Of a DNA stretch of 64,000 nucleotides, positions 12,297-24,614 are shown piece by piece. The position numbers and the translations under genes are program-made. The notes under the pieces are model-generated. The model saw nothing but the letters and a program-made list of their open reading frames with translations. It had not been told where the DNA came from and made no database searches. Origin of the DNA: Eledone cirrhosa (lineage: Eukaryota); NCBI GenBank assembly GCA_964016885.1, contig OZ024760.1:21638001-21702000 (forward strand). Direction: 5' to 3'. How positions within the stretch are numbered: the first letter of the stretch is position 1; every line of letters begins with the position of its first letter.

Positions 12297-13600
12297 GTCA
12301 GGAGACCATGTCTTGCATATACAGATCTGTATATATAAACAAGGTTTTGATGACGGGGTGGGGCGGGGCAGGAGGAAGGGAAAGAAGAGGGAAGGTCATT
12401 GCTTTTTTTCCCCCCAACGTTAGTTGTTGGGCCAACAGCTCAGTCAATATAAGCTTTACTGGCAATATGGAAACTTTATGGAACAACATTAAAAAGTCAA
12501 TGATGAGACAAATCTGGTCAGGAGACCATGTCTTGCATATACAGATCTGTATATATAAACAAGGTTTTGATGACGGGGTGGGGCGGGGCAGGAGGAAGGG
12601 AAAGGAGAGAGAAGGTCATTGCTTTTTTTTTTTCCCCCAACGTTAGTTGTTGGGCCAACAGCTCAGTCAATATAAGCTTTACTGGCAATATGGAAACTTT
12701 ATGGAACAACATTAAAAAGTCAATGATGAGACAAATCTGGTCAGGAGACCATGTCTTGCATATACAGATCTGTATATATAAACAAGGTTTTGATGACGGG
12801 GTGGGGCGGGGCAGGAGGAAGGGAAAGGAGAGAGAAGGTCATTGCTTTTTTTTTTTCCCCCAACGTTAGTTGTTGGGCCAACAGCTCAGTCAATATAAGC
12901 TTTACTGGCAATATGGAAACTTTATGGAACAACATTAAAAAGTCAATGATGAGACAAATCTGGTCAGGAGACCATGTCTTGCATATACAGATCTGTATAT
13001 ATAAACAAGGTTTTGATGACGGGGTGGGGCGGGGCAGGAGGAAGGGAAAGGAGAGAGAAGGTCATTGCTTTTTTTTTTTCCCCCAACGTTAGTTGTTGGG
13101 CCAACAGCTCAGTCAATATAAGCTTTACTGGCAATATGGAAACTTTATGGAACAACATTAAAAAGTCAATGATGAGACAAATCTGGTCAGGAGACCATGT
13201 CTTGCATATACAGATCTGTATATATAAACAAGGTTTTGATGACGGGGTGGGGCGGGGCAGGAGGAAGGGAAAGGAGAGAGAAGGTCATTGCTTTTTTTTT
13301 TTCCCCCAACGTTAGTTGTTGGGCCAACAGCTCAGTCAATATAAGCTTTACTGGCAATATGGAAACTTTATGGAACAACATTAAAAAGTCAATGATGAGA
13401 CAAATCTGGTCAGGAGACCATGTCTTGCATATACAGATCTGTATATATAAACAAGGTTTTGATGACGGGGTGGGGCGGGGCAGGAGGAAGGGAAAGGAGA
13501 GAGAAGGCCATTGCTTTTTTTTTTTCCCCCCAACGTTAGTTGTTGGGCCAACAGCTCAGTCAATATAAGCTTTACTGGCAATATGGAAACTTTATGGAAC
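12297..13600. repeat. 223-bp tandem repeat, about 5.8 nearly identical copies
   Basis: Period of 223 bp, mirrored by ORFs at 12528, 12751, 12974 and 13197. Copies differ mainly in poly-T length. Confidence 0.95.
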
Positions 13601-13897
13601 TATGTTAAAAAGCCAATAATGATTTTCAATAATTCTGACCATATTGATTCATCAGGTGGACTGAAATATAACAAGAGAAAATTGATGTATAAAATCCATA
13701 CTGAATCAATATTACAGAGAGGATGTGGGCAACTGTGTGTTCAATATTCATGTTGTGATGGTTTTTGTTATCCTTTATAGTGTTGTTTTTCAATTTATTT
13801 ATTATTAATGTAGTGTTGAATTATTTTGAAACAGGTATAACGCATATTTGTGCAGACACACACATGTGCATATGCACACGCGTGTGTCTACACATAT

Positions 13898-13965
13898 ATG
13901 AAGGGGTGCCCAAAAGTAACTAGTCAATGTTTGGAAATGTTCTAGTGACTTTTGAGCCACCCTGT
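13898..13965. mobile_element. Tiny mariner-like TIR pair (mini-MITE)
   Basis: gaaggggtgcccaaaagtaactag ... ctagtgacttttgagccaccctg are imperfect inverted repeats. Confidence 0.5.
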
Positions 13966-15072
13966 GTGTGTGTATATACACATATATATATATCTATATA
14001 TATATACACAAGTATATATATATTCACAAGTATATATATACATATATGTGTATATATATACATGAACACACATATATGTATATATATGCATATATATATA
14101 TGTATATGCATACATATATGTGTATTTCATATATATGTGTGTAACATACATATATATATAAATATACATGTATGCATGTGTGTATTCTATACATATGATA
14201 TTTCTTATATTGGCACCATGCATTTGGAGTCAATTAAAATGACCTTCATTACTTGACTTGGTATTTAGTTTATCAACCTCATAAAAACAAAAGCAAGATA
14301 ATTTGATATCAATAAAATTTACATGGAAACCTATCTTTTTGTTCCGTGAACCAGCTTTTATATTTTAATGAAATACAAGTGAATCAAAAATAAATAAAAG
14401 AAAAGAAAAACAGCGACAAATTGATAAGAGGAAGAAAAAAATAAACAAAAATAAAGGGTAAATCAACAGAAAACAAGAAACTTAGAAAAAAGTAAATTAA
14501 AAATTAATTATGATTTACTTTTAACATCCTGTAATGATTTAGTAGATAATATTGATAAAAAAAATAAATGTTTGTTAATTACAATGTTTATAGTATCTTT
14601 ACTACTAAACAGAAAGTTGTGAAAATTTGCAGTATTTGAATAAAGACTTTATTTGTTAATATGCAGCAGTCATAATGAGGTTTGTGTATTTTTCAAGAAT
14701 GTTTTGCTAATGCGGTTTCATGTAGAACAGGATGTTAAGAGTTAATTTCTTGCTAATGTGACTTCATGTGGTTTGTTAGTTAAAATGTTTATATTTTTAC
14801 TAGTAGACAGAATGTTGTGAAAATGTGCAGTTATAAAGTAAAGATTATGTTTTTTAATGTGCTGCAGTTATAGCATTGTGTTGTATTTTTCAAGGTCTTA
14901 CTAACGTGGTTTCATATGGTTTGCTAGTTAAAATGTTTACAGTATTTTTACTAGTAGACAGAAAGTGGTGATGTTTTGTATTTTTCAAGAATGTCTTAAT
15001 AATGTAGCTTCATGTGAAACAGGATGTTAAGAGTCAAAAGAAAGTGAAATAACTGATTGTAGGTTTTGTTAC

Positions 15073-15135
15073 CTGTAAGTCTTGTTTAGCTGCCTCTGCT
15101 TCAACTCTTGAGTTAAACGTCACAAATCCCACAGG
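15073..15135 (-). CDS. cpo: Internal coding exon (63 nt, phase 0/0) of the cpo/RBPMS-like gene: PVGFVTFNSRVEAEAAKQDLQ (RNP1 and helix 2)
   Basis: Minus strand reads ccttttccttcag|CCTGTGGGATTT...GACTTACAG|gtaaca and matches Cpo PVGFVTF...AEAAKQDLQ. The expected next exon (GVRFDP...) was not seen in 1-15072. Confidence 0.96.
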
Positions 15136-15406
15136 CTGAAGGAAAAGGAGAAGATGAAAAAAAAAAAAAAACACAAAAAGAAAAACATAATATTAAATGA
15201 GTATATTTAATAAATAATTATAAATAATTAATAGTGAATATCAGAAAAAAAGTTTTAATGATTGTAATATTTTAATCCTTTTTTATTAAATTATTAAATT
15301 TGAAATTATCAGGCGTTGTTTAAAAATTAACAAATAACCATGCTGGAAGATGTTAGTAACCATTCATTACCATCTTTTATACCAATTCACTATATATACA
15401 TCATGA

Positions 15407-18362
15407 GTGTGTGTATATGGTTGACTGAATGTGTGTATATGGTTGACTGAATGTGTGTGTATATGGTTGACTGAATGTGTGTGTATATGGTTGACTGAAT
15501 ATGTGTGTATATGGTTGACAATGTGTGTATATGGTTGACTGAATGTGTGTGTATATGGTTGACTGAATGTGTGTGTATATGGTTGACTGAATGTGTGTGT
15601 ATATGGTTGACTGAATCTGTGTGTATATGGTTAACTGAATCTGTGTGTATATGGTTAACTGAATCTGTGTGTATATGGTTAACTGAATCTGTGTGTATAT
15701 GGTTAACTGAATCTGTGTGTATATGGTTGACTGAATCTGTGTGTATGGTTGACTGAATGTGTGTGAATATGGTTGACTGAATGTGTGTGTGTATGGTTGA
15801 CTGAATATGTGTATATGGTTAACTGAATCTGTGTGTATATGGTTGACTGAATATGTGTATATGGTTGACTGAATGTGTGTGTATATGGTTGACTGAATAT
15901 GTGTGTGTATATGGTTGACTGAATGTGTGTGAATATGGTTGACTGAATATGTGTGTGTATATGGTTGACTGAATGTGTGTGTATATGGTTGACTGAATGT
16001 GTGTGAATATGGTTGACTGAATGTGTGTGTATATGGTTAACTGAATCTGTGTGTATATGGTTAACTGAATCTGTGTGTATATGGTTGACTGAATATGTGT
16101 ATATGGTTGACTGAATGTGTGTGTATATGGTTGACTGAATATGTGTGTATATGGTTGACTGAATATGTGTATATGGTTAACTGAATCTGTGTGTATATGG
16201 TTGACTGAATATGTGTATATGGTTGACTGAATGTGTGTGTATATGGTTGACTGAATGTGTGTGTATATGGTTGACTGAATGTGTGTGAATATGGTTGACT
16301 GAATGTGTGTGTATATGGTTAACTGAATCTGTGTGTATATGGTTAACTGAATCTGTGTGTATATGGTTGACTGAATATGTGTATATGGTTGACTGAATGT
16401 GTGTGTATATGGTTGACTGAATATGTGTGTATATGGTTGACTGAATATGTGTATATGGTTAACTGAATCTGTGTGTATATGGTTGACTGAATATGTGTAT
16501 ATGGTTGACTGAATGTGTGTGTATATGGTTGACTGAATATGTGTGTGTATATGGTTGACTGAATGTGTGTGAATATGGTTGACTGAATGTGTGTGTATAT
16601 GGTTGACTGGATGTGTGTGTATGGTTGACTGGATGCGTGTATATGGTTGACTGAATATGTGTGTATATGGTTGACTGAATGTGTGTGTATATGGTTGACT
16701 GAATGTGTGTGTGTATATGGTTGACTGAATGTGTGTGTGTATATGGTTGACTGAATGTGTGTGTATATGGTTGACTGAATATGTGTGTATATGGTTGACT
16801 GAATGTGTGTGTATATGGTTGACTGAATGTGTGTGTATATGGTTGACTGAATGTGTGTGTATATGGTTGACTGAATGTGTGTGTATATGGTTGACTGAAT
16901 ATGTGTGTATATGGTTGACTGAATGTGTGTGTATATGGTTGACTGAATGTGTGTGAATATGGTTGACTGAATGTGTGTGTATATGGTTAACTGAATCTGT
17001 GTGTATATGGTTAACTGAATCTGTGTGTATATGGTTGACTGAATATGTGTATATGGTTGACTGAATGTGTGTGTATATGGTTGACTGAATATGTGTGTAT
17101 ATGGTTGACTGAATATGTGTATATGGTTAACTGAATCTGTGTGTATATGGTTGACTGAATATGTGTATATGGTTGACTGAATGTGTGTGTATATGGTTGA
17201 CTGAATGTGTGTGTATATGGTTGACTGAATGTGTGTGAATATGGTTGACTGAATGTGTGTGTATATGGTTAACTGAATCTGTGTGTATATGGTTAACTGA
17301 ATCTGTGTGTATATGGTTGACTGAATATGTGTATATGGTTGACTGAATGTGTGTGTATATGGTTGACTGAATATGTGTGTATATGGTTGACTGAATATGT
17401 GTATATGGTTAACTGAATCTGTGTGTATATGGTTGACTGAATATGTGTATATGGTTGACTGAATGTGTGTGTATATGGTTGACTGAATATGTGTGTGTAT
17501 ATGGTTGACTGAATGTGTGTGAATATGGTTGACTGAATGTGTGTGTATATGGTTGACTGGATGTGTGTGTATGGTTGACTGGATGCGTGTATATGGTTGA
17601 CTGAATATGTGTGTATATGGTTGACTGAATGTGTGTGTATATGGTTGACTGAATGTGTGTGTGTATATGGTTGACTGAATGTGTGTGTGTATATGGTTGA
17701 CTGAATGTGTGTGTATATGGTTGACTGAATATGTGTGTATATGGTTGACTGAATGTGTGTGTATATGGTTGACTGAATGTGTGTGTATATGGTTGACTGA
17801 ATGTGTGTGTATATGGTTGACTGAATGTGTGTGTATATGGTTGACTGAATATGTGTGTATATGGTTGACTGAATGTGTGTGTATATGGTTGACTGAAAGT
17901 GTGTGTGTGTATATGGTTGACTGAATATGTGTGTATATGGTTGAGTGAATGTGTGTGTATGGTTGACTGAAAGTATGTGTATATGGTTGACTGAATATGT
18001 GTGTATATGGTTGACTGAATGTGTCTGTATATGGTTGACTGAATGTGTGTGTATATGGTTGACTGAATATGTGTGTATATGGTTGACTGAATGTGTGTGT
18101 ATATGGTTGAGTGAATGTGTGTGTATGGTTGACTGAAAGTGTGTGTGTGTATGGTTGACTGAATGTGTGTGTGTGTGTATGTGTGCTTGACTGAATGTGT
18201 CTGTATATGGTTGACTGAATATGTGTGTATATGGTTGACTGGATGTGTGTATATGGTTGACTGGATGTGTGTGTATGGTTGACTGGATGTGTGTGTATCG
18301 TTGACAATGTGTGTGTATATGGTTGACTGAATGCGTGTGTATATGGTTGACTGAATATGTGT
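15407..18362. repeat. ~24-bp minisatellite (gtgtgtgtatatggttgactgaat), more than 120 copies
   Basis: Tandem units of 22-26 bp with higher-order block duplication. Confidence 0.95.
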
Positions 18363-18446
18363 GATTTTCACCTCCATATTTTTTCCCCATTCTTTCCTCT
18401 TATCACTGTTTACTTTCTATTTATCTTCTATTTCTAACTCTATTTA

Positions 18447-18492
<46 letters not shown>

Positions 18493-18719
18493 AAATGGCT
18501 GATTGAATATACACGTGTTTTTTCTCAAGTTTTTCCAATCCTTCCTCTTCTCACTCGCTATTTCATCTCTCATCTTCTATTTTGTCTTTCTATCTCCCGA
18601 TGAAGGACTACTTTCTGGAACGTTAAGACTCTTTTCCTACTACATCAAGCATGAAACTAATATATTTCTGCATTGTACTGTGTTGTTTGCCTTGTTGTTT
18701 CTGTTTACTTTTTGCACAT

Positions 18720-18775
<56 letters not shown>

Positions 18776-18809
18776 GTATATATATATATACACACATGTA
18801 TATATATAT

Positions 18810-19100
18810 ATCATCATCCCCATCATCATTTTACGTCCGCTTTTCTCAGCTTGCAAGGGTGGGATGGGAACTGATTCTGGCTCCATTTCTACAGCTGGAT
18901 GCCCTCCCTTTCTAACACCAATCTCATTTACAGTGAGTGCTGGGTGCTTATTTTTTTCCGTGGCACCTACACGTCCACTTTACAGTGTGGGCTGGGTGCT
19001 TTTTTGCCGTGGCACCTCCACGACCACTTTGCAGTGGAATGATATGGACCCCAGTCCCTATCATCGCATTTCTACAGCTGAGTGAACTGGAGCAATGTGA
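18810..19100 (-). mobile_element. 5'-truncated CORE-like SINE with RTE-type (GAT)n tail
   Basis: catcatcattttacgtccgcttttct... tail and body are shared with the other copies. Confidence 0.8.
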
Positions 19101-19424
19101 TGTGACTCCATATATAAATATATATATATATATTCACACACTGAATACTTATCAAAGAATATAAGGGAATATATTCTTCTATACAGCCATTTTCCATGCT
19201 ACCTCCTTGCTAGCTGAAGTCTTAGCAGCCATGTTGGTATTAAGCCTATCTGCCTATGGGTGGAGGGCACTATTTGAACATAGACTGCAAACACCTAATA
19301 TGGCTACCCCAAACACATTGCATATCATCTCACACTCTATCAATTTTCTTAATCCATTTAACCCTGGCAACTGGTATTCTGCTATTTTATTTTAACTTCG
19401 ATAAGATCTTCTTCTTTCTCACTT

Positions 19425-19712
19425 ATTCCTGAGAGAGTGGTAGACCCCTACCCTCAAACACTCCTTCCAGTGGGTCCTGTTAGAAATAACTGACTTCAAC
19501 TGATCTGGCTTCATCCCAAAGCAAGACCACCCAAGCTCATGAATGTTATCCAACCATCTTGCTTGGGCTCTACTTCCCTGGGCCTCTTGCCAGTAAAACC
19601 TGTCCAGTGATTCTTTCCCGAGACATTATAACCCCATAATATCAGAGCTGTGATCTCTCAATTCGGAGAAGTAGGGTCTCTACCTGGAGTGACTCTCTGA
19701 TCTCTGAGCTAC
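19425..19712 (-). mobile_element. Single, unamplified 3' fragment of the RTE LINE that seeded the 97-bp satellites
   Basis: Reverse complement reads agagatcagagagtcactccaggtagag...gaaagaatcactggacagg (IRESLQVE...ERSQL), homologous to the units at 24615 and 40862. Confidence 0.8.
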
Positions 19713-20148
19713 ATTGATAAGTTGAAATCCAAAATTGACCTCGAAATGCAAAGGGCCATAATTGATATAGCAAAGCATCTCATCTGATTCTGATACAATT
19801 CCACCTGTCTTGTTCCCTAAAACTGGTACTTTATTTATCAACCCGGAAAATACGAAAGGATTTCAACTGAGAAAACAAAGAGTTGGAACAGATGCTATAA
19901 AGCATCACAATTAATGCTCTAATAATCCAGTCCTTAGACTTCTTCCTACTTTTTTTATTCCCCACAAGCAGAGCCATATTTAGACCTTATGGGGCTTGGA
20001 ACAGTTCAGCTTTGAGGACCCTGGGGCATTTCAGGCTTAGGGAAGCCTCAAGATATTTCAGCTTGTGGGGAGCGGGGTCAGGACAGTTCAACTTTGTGGG
20101 ATCCTGGGACTTTTCAATGTAACTATAGCTGCAACAGATGTAACTATA

Positions 20149-21420
20149 ACTGTAACAGATGAAACTATTACTGCAGCAGATACTGTAACAGATGAAACTA
20201 TTGCTGCAGCAGATACTGTAACAGATGAAACTATTGCTGCAGCAGATACTGTAACAGATGAAACTATTGCTGCAGCAGATGAAACTATTACTGCAGCAAA
20301 TACTGTAACAGATGAAACTATTACTGCAGCAGATACTGTAACAGATGAAACTATTACTGCAGCAGATACTGTAACAGATGAAACTATTACTGCAGCAAAT
20401 ACTGTAACAGATGAAACTATTACTGCAGCAGATACTGTAACAGATGAAACTATTACTGCAGCAAATACTGTAACAGATGAAACTATTACTGCAGCAGATA
20501 CTGTAACAGATGAAACTATTACTGCAGCAGATACTGTAACAGATGAAACTATTACTGCAGCAGATACTGTAACAGATGAAACTATTGCTGCAGCAGATAC
20601 TGTAACAGATGAAACTATTGCTGCAGCAGATACTGTAACAGATGAAACTATTACTGCAGCAAATACTGTAACAGATGAAACTATTACTGCAGCAGATACT
20701 GTAACAGATGAAACTATTACTGCAGCAGATACTGTAACAGATGAAACTATTACTGCAGCAAATACTGTAACAGATGAAACTATTACTGCAGCAGATACTG
20801 TAACAGATGAAACTATTACTGCAGCAAATACTGTAACAGATGAAACTATTACTGCAGCAGATACTGTAACAGATGAAACTATTACTGCAGCAGATACTGT
20901 AACAGATGAAACTATTACTGCAGCAGATACTGTAACAGATGAAACTATTGCTGCAGCAGATACTGTAACAGATGAAACTATTGCTGCAGCAGATACTGTA
21001 ACAGATGAAACTATTGCTGCAGCAGATACTGTAACAGATGAAACTATTACTGCAGCAGATACTGTAACAGATGAAACTATTACTGCAGCAGATACTGTAA
21101 CAGATGAAACTATTGCTGCAGCAGATACTGTAACAGATGAAACTATTACTGCAGCAGATACTGTAACAGATGAAACTATTACTGCAGCAAATACTGTAAC
21201 AGATGAAACTATTACTGCAGCAGATACTGTAACAGATGAAACTATTACTGCAGCAGATACTGTAACAGATGAAACTATTACTGCAGCAAATACTGTAACA
21301 GATGAAACTATTACTGCAGCAGATACTGTAACAGATGAAACTATTACTGCAGCAGATACTGTAACAGATGAAACTATTGCTGCAGCAGATACTGTAACAG
21401 ATGAAACTATTGCTGCAGCA
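20149..21420. repeat. 33-bp minisatellite (gatactgtaacagatgaaactattactgcagca), about 38 copies, stop-free in one frame on each strand
   Basis: Tandem units with only two variable positions. Confidence 0.95.
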
Positions 21421-22106
21421 TTATTTGCGTATCCCAAGATGGCAGGCTCACCAGAGTTTATCAGTTCAAAGTTGACATCTTGCCAATATCTGGAGCTTTA
21501 TTAAGACATCTGCAGAAGCAAACTGAAGCAATTTTCACTGTTTCTATTGTTCACTGTATATATAATCACGTAGACAGAAATATTTACACAAACACACATA
21601 CATATATACGCACACACACACACACACACACATATATACATATTTACACATGCATGCACACAAACACAGATACACACGTGCACGCACACACACACACATA
21701 TATATGTATATATATTTACACACATCCATACATATATACATACAAACATACATATATATTCATACATACATACATGCATACATACATACATAAATACATA
21801 CATATATATACACATACACGCATACATACAGAAATACATACATATATACACATACATACATGCATAGATACATACATACATAGATAGATAGATACATACA
21901 TAGATAGATAGATACATACATATATACATACATATATTTATACACACACACACATAAATACTCACATATACATAGATATATTACATAGATATATTACATA
22001 GACACATACACACACATATATACACACATATACATAGATATATTACATAGACACACACACACACATATACACACATATACACACATATACATAGATATAT
22101 TACATA

Positions 22107-22155
<49 letters not shown>

Positions 22156-22517
22156 GCATTACACACATACACATATATATATATGATTTACACACACACA
22201 TATATATAAATGCATTACACGCACAGGCACACTCACACATATGTATATGCATTAAACACACACATATATATATGCATTACACACAAGCACACACACATAT
22301 ATATGCATTTCATACACACAAGCACACACACATATATATATGCATTACATAACACAGCCCTGTTTTGTAGTTTGTAAAATTGAAAGATAAAAGTAATAAA
22401 AAAACTGAAAAATATAAATTTAGAAATAAATGAAAAAAATTATAAAATATCAATAGAATAAAAAGAAAATTTATAATTGATCCCAAATTACCAGAGTTTT
22501 ATTTCTTATACACAGAC

Positions 22518-22599
<82 letters not shown>

Positions 22600-22636
22600 C
22601 AGATACATATATATATGTATATATATATATATGTAC

Positions 22637-22680
<44 letters not shown>

Positions 22681-23731
22681 TGTGTATATATATATGTAAA
22701 GAAATGATCAAACACTCAAATTTCTCCTTCTGACCAATTCTTCTTGCCTAGTTATTCCTGTTATTCCTGGTACCATATTTATTATCATATATATATATAT
22801 ATACATATCTATATGTATATACATAATTATATATATTTATATATAAATATATATATATATACATAATTATATGTATATATATAATTATATGTATATACAT
22901 AATTATATATATATATATGTATATATATATACATAATTATATATATACACATATATATATACATAATTATATATATATATATATATAATTATATATATTT
23001 ATATATATACATATATATGTATATATACATACATATATATATATATTTTATATTTTATTTTTTCAATGCTAGTTTTTCTCTTCCATTTTACACTGTTAGC
23101 TGTATCATCTTGATTTCGTCTTCTGATCCCCTGTTTAGCCTGATTCAAATACCATACCATACCATATTTGGGACAAACAAACTTGATTGATCCACTCCAG
23201 CCTTATTGATTTAATATTATTGATGTCTAATTTAGGCACAAGATCAGCAGCAAATTTTTCGGTGGAAGGGCAAAGTTGAATATATCAATCCCAGTCAGCT
23301 ACTTGACTGCTACTTTATTTTATCGACCACTGAAAGGATGAAAGATAAAGTTGGCCTCGATGGAATTTAAACTCAGAAATTAAAGAACCAGAACAAATGC
23401 CTTAATGGCATTTTCCCCAGCACTCTTTTATATAACATATAACATGGAATGTGATATATGTAAGATGGTTAAATAATACAAAATTAACGGTAAGATGAAG
23501 ACAATGGAAAAGGGAATTACCTGGTAATCTTTGTTTTTTTTTTATTGTTGTTTCTATCATCTTAATATTTCAGGACTTAATATTCCCTTCGTCAGAGTAT
23601 AAGAAGCTCTCAGAGGAAAATAAAAAAAAATGTTCTAGTCTCTTCTCTTTGAAATTAGATTCCTGTTTCTCATGAATACTAAAGCAAGCATCAAACAACG
23701 CTTGAAAGTGGTTTATAAATTTTAAATTTAA

Positions 23732-24133
23732 CCCTATAGCATTTACATTACTCTATATTTACTATTGCATTTTAAATTTAACCCGCTAGCGTTTACATTA
23801 CTCTATATTTACTATTGTATTTTCATGGTAAAGGCTTTATCTCACTTAATATCTCACATAATATCTTACATAACATTTACATTAGTCTATAAATACTATT
23901 GTATTTTCATAGTAAAGGCTTTACCTCACATAACATTTACATTAGTCTATAAATACTATTGTATTTTCATAGTAAAGGCTTTACCTCACTTAATATTGAA
24001 TCTAAGAGATTTTGATATTATTTACTTTGAGAACAATACCTTAACATCAGTATGACTGACTGGTTATGGCTTGTTTGAACAGAAAAAAGTGAGATAATTC
24101 TGGCCAGATACAACCGGTTTAAATGCTAAATCG
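23732..24133. mobile_element. piggyBac-like (TTAA) MITE copy with internal duplications
   Basis: ttaa|ccctatagc ... tgctaaatcg|ttaa; homologous to 31016-31562 and 60543-60763. Confidence 0.6.
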
Positions 24134-24614
24134 TTAAATCTAATTTCAAAGACAAGTGACAGGAACATTTTTTTTCACTGAGAGATTTTTATAATCTGAC
24201 AAAGGGAATTTTAAGCCCAAAATATTAGGATGTAAGAAACAACCAAAAAACAAGATTACCAGGTATCTCCCTTTTCATTGCCTTCATTTTATCATCCATT
24301 TTGCATTATTTAGCCTTCTTACATACACCCCTTTCCACATCATACTCTATTATATATTTTTTTGTTGGGCAGGGGTCATTCTGGGTAGGAAAAGACAATG
24401 TATGCATTAGATAAAATAAAATAAAATCATGCATCGGTCATGCATGCATCAGTGAATCCTGTGAATTGATGAAAGAAAACAAACAAACAAACCTGGCAAA
24501 CTGCAAAAACAAAAAAAAAATAAAAAAAATAAATAAAAACAACAGATATATGTGCAATTAACAAGAAATGATTAATCTCAAACTTAATTAACCTCATTAA
24601 TATATTGGATATTG

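Noticed and set aside
12269-13581. Repeated 113-125-aa ORFs
   Set aside because: They are artefacts of the 223-bp tandem unit, and poly-T length changes alter the frame between copies.
16343-18390. 654-aa and 365-aa ORFs
   Set aside because: They are stop-poor frames of the 24-bp minisatellite, and unit-length variation shifts frames freely.
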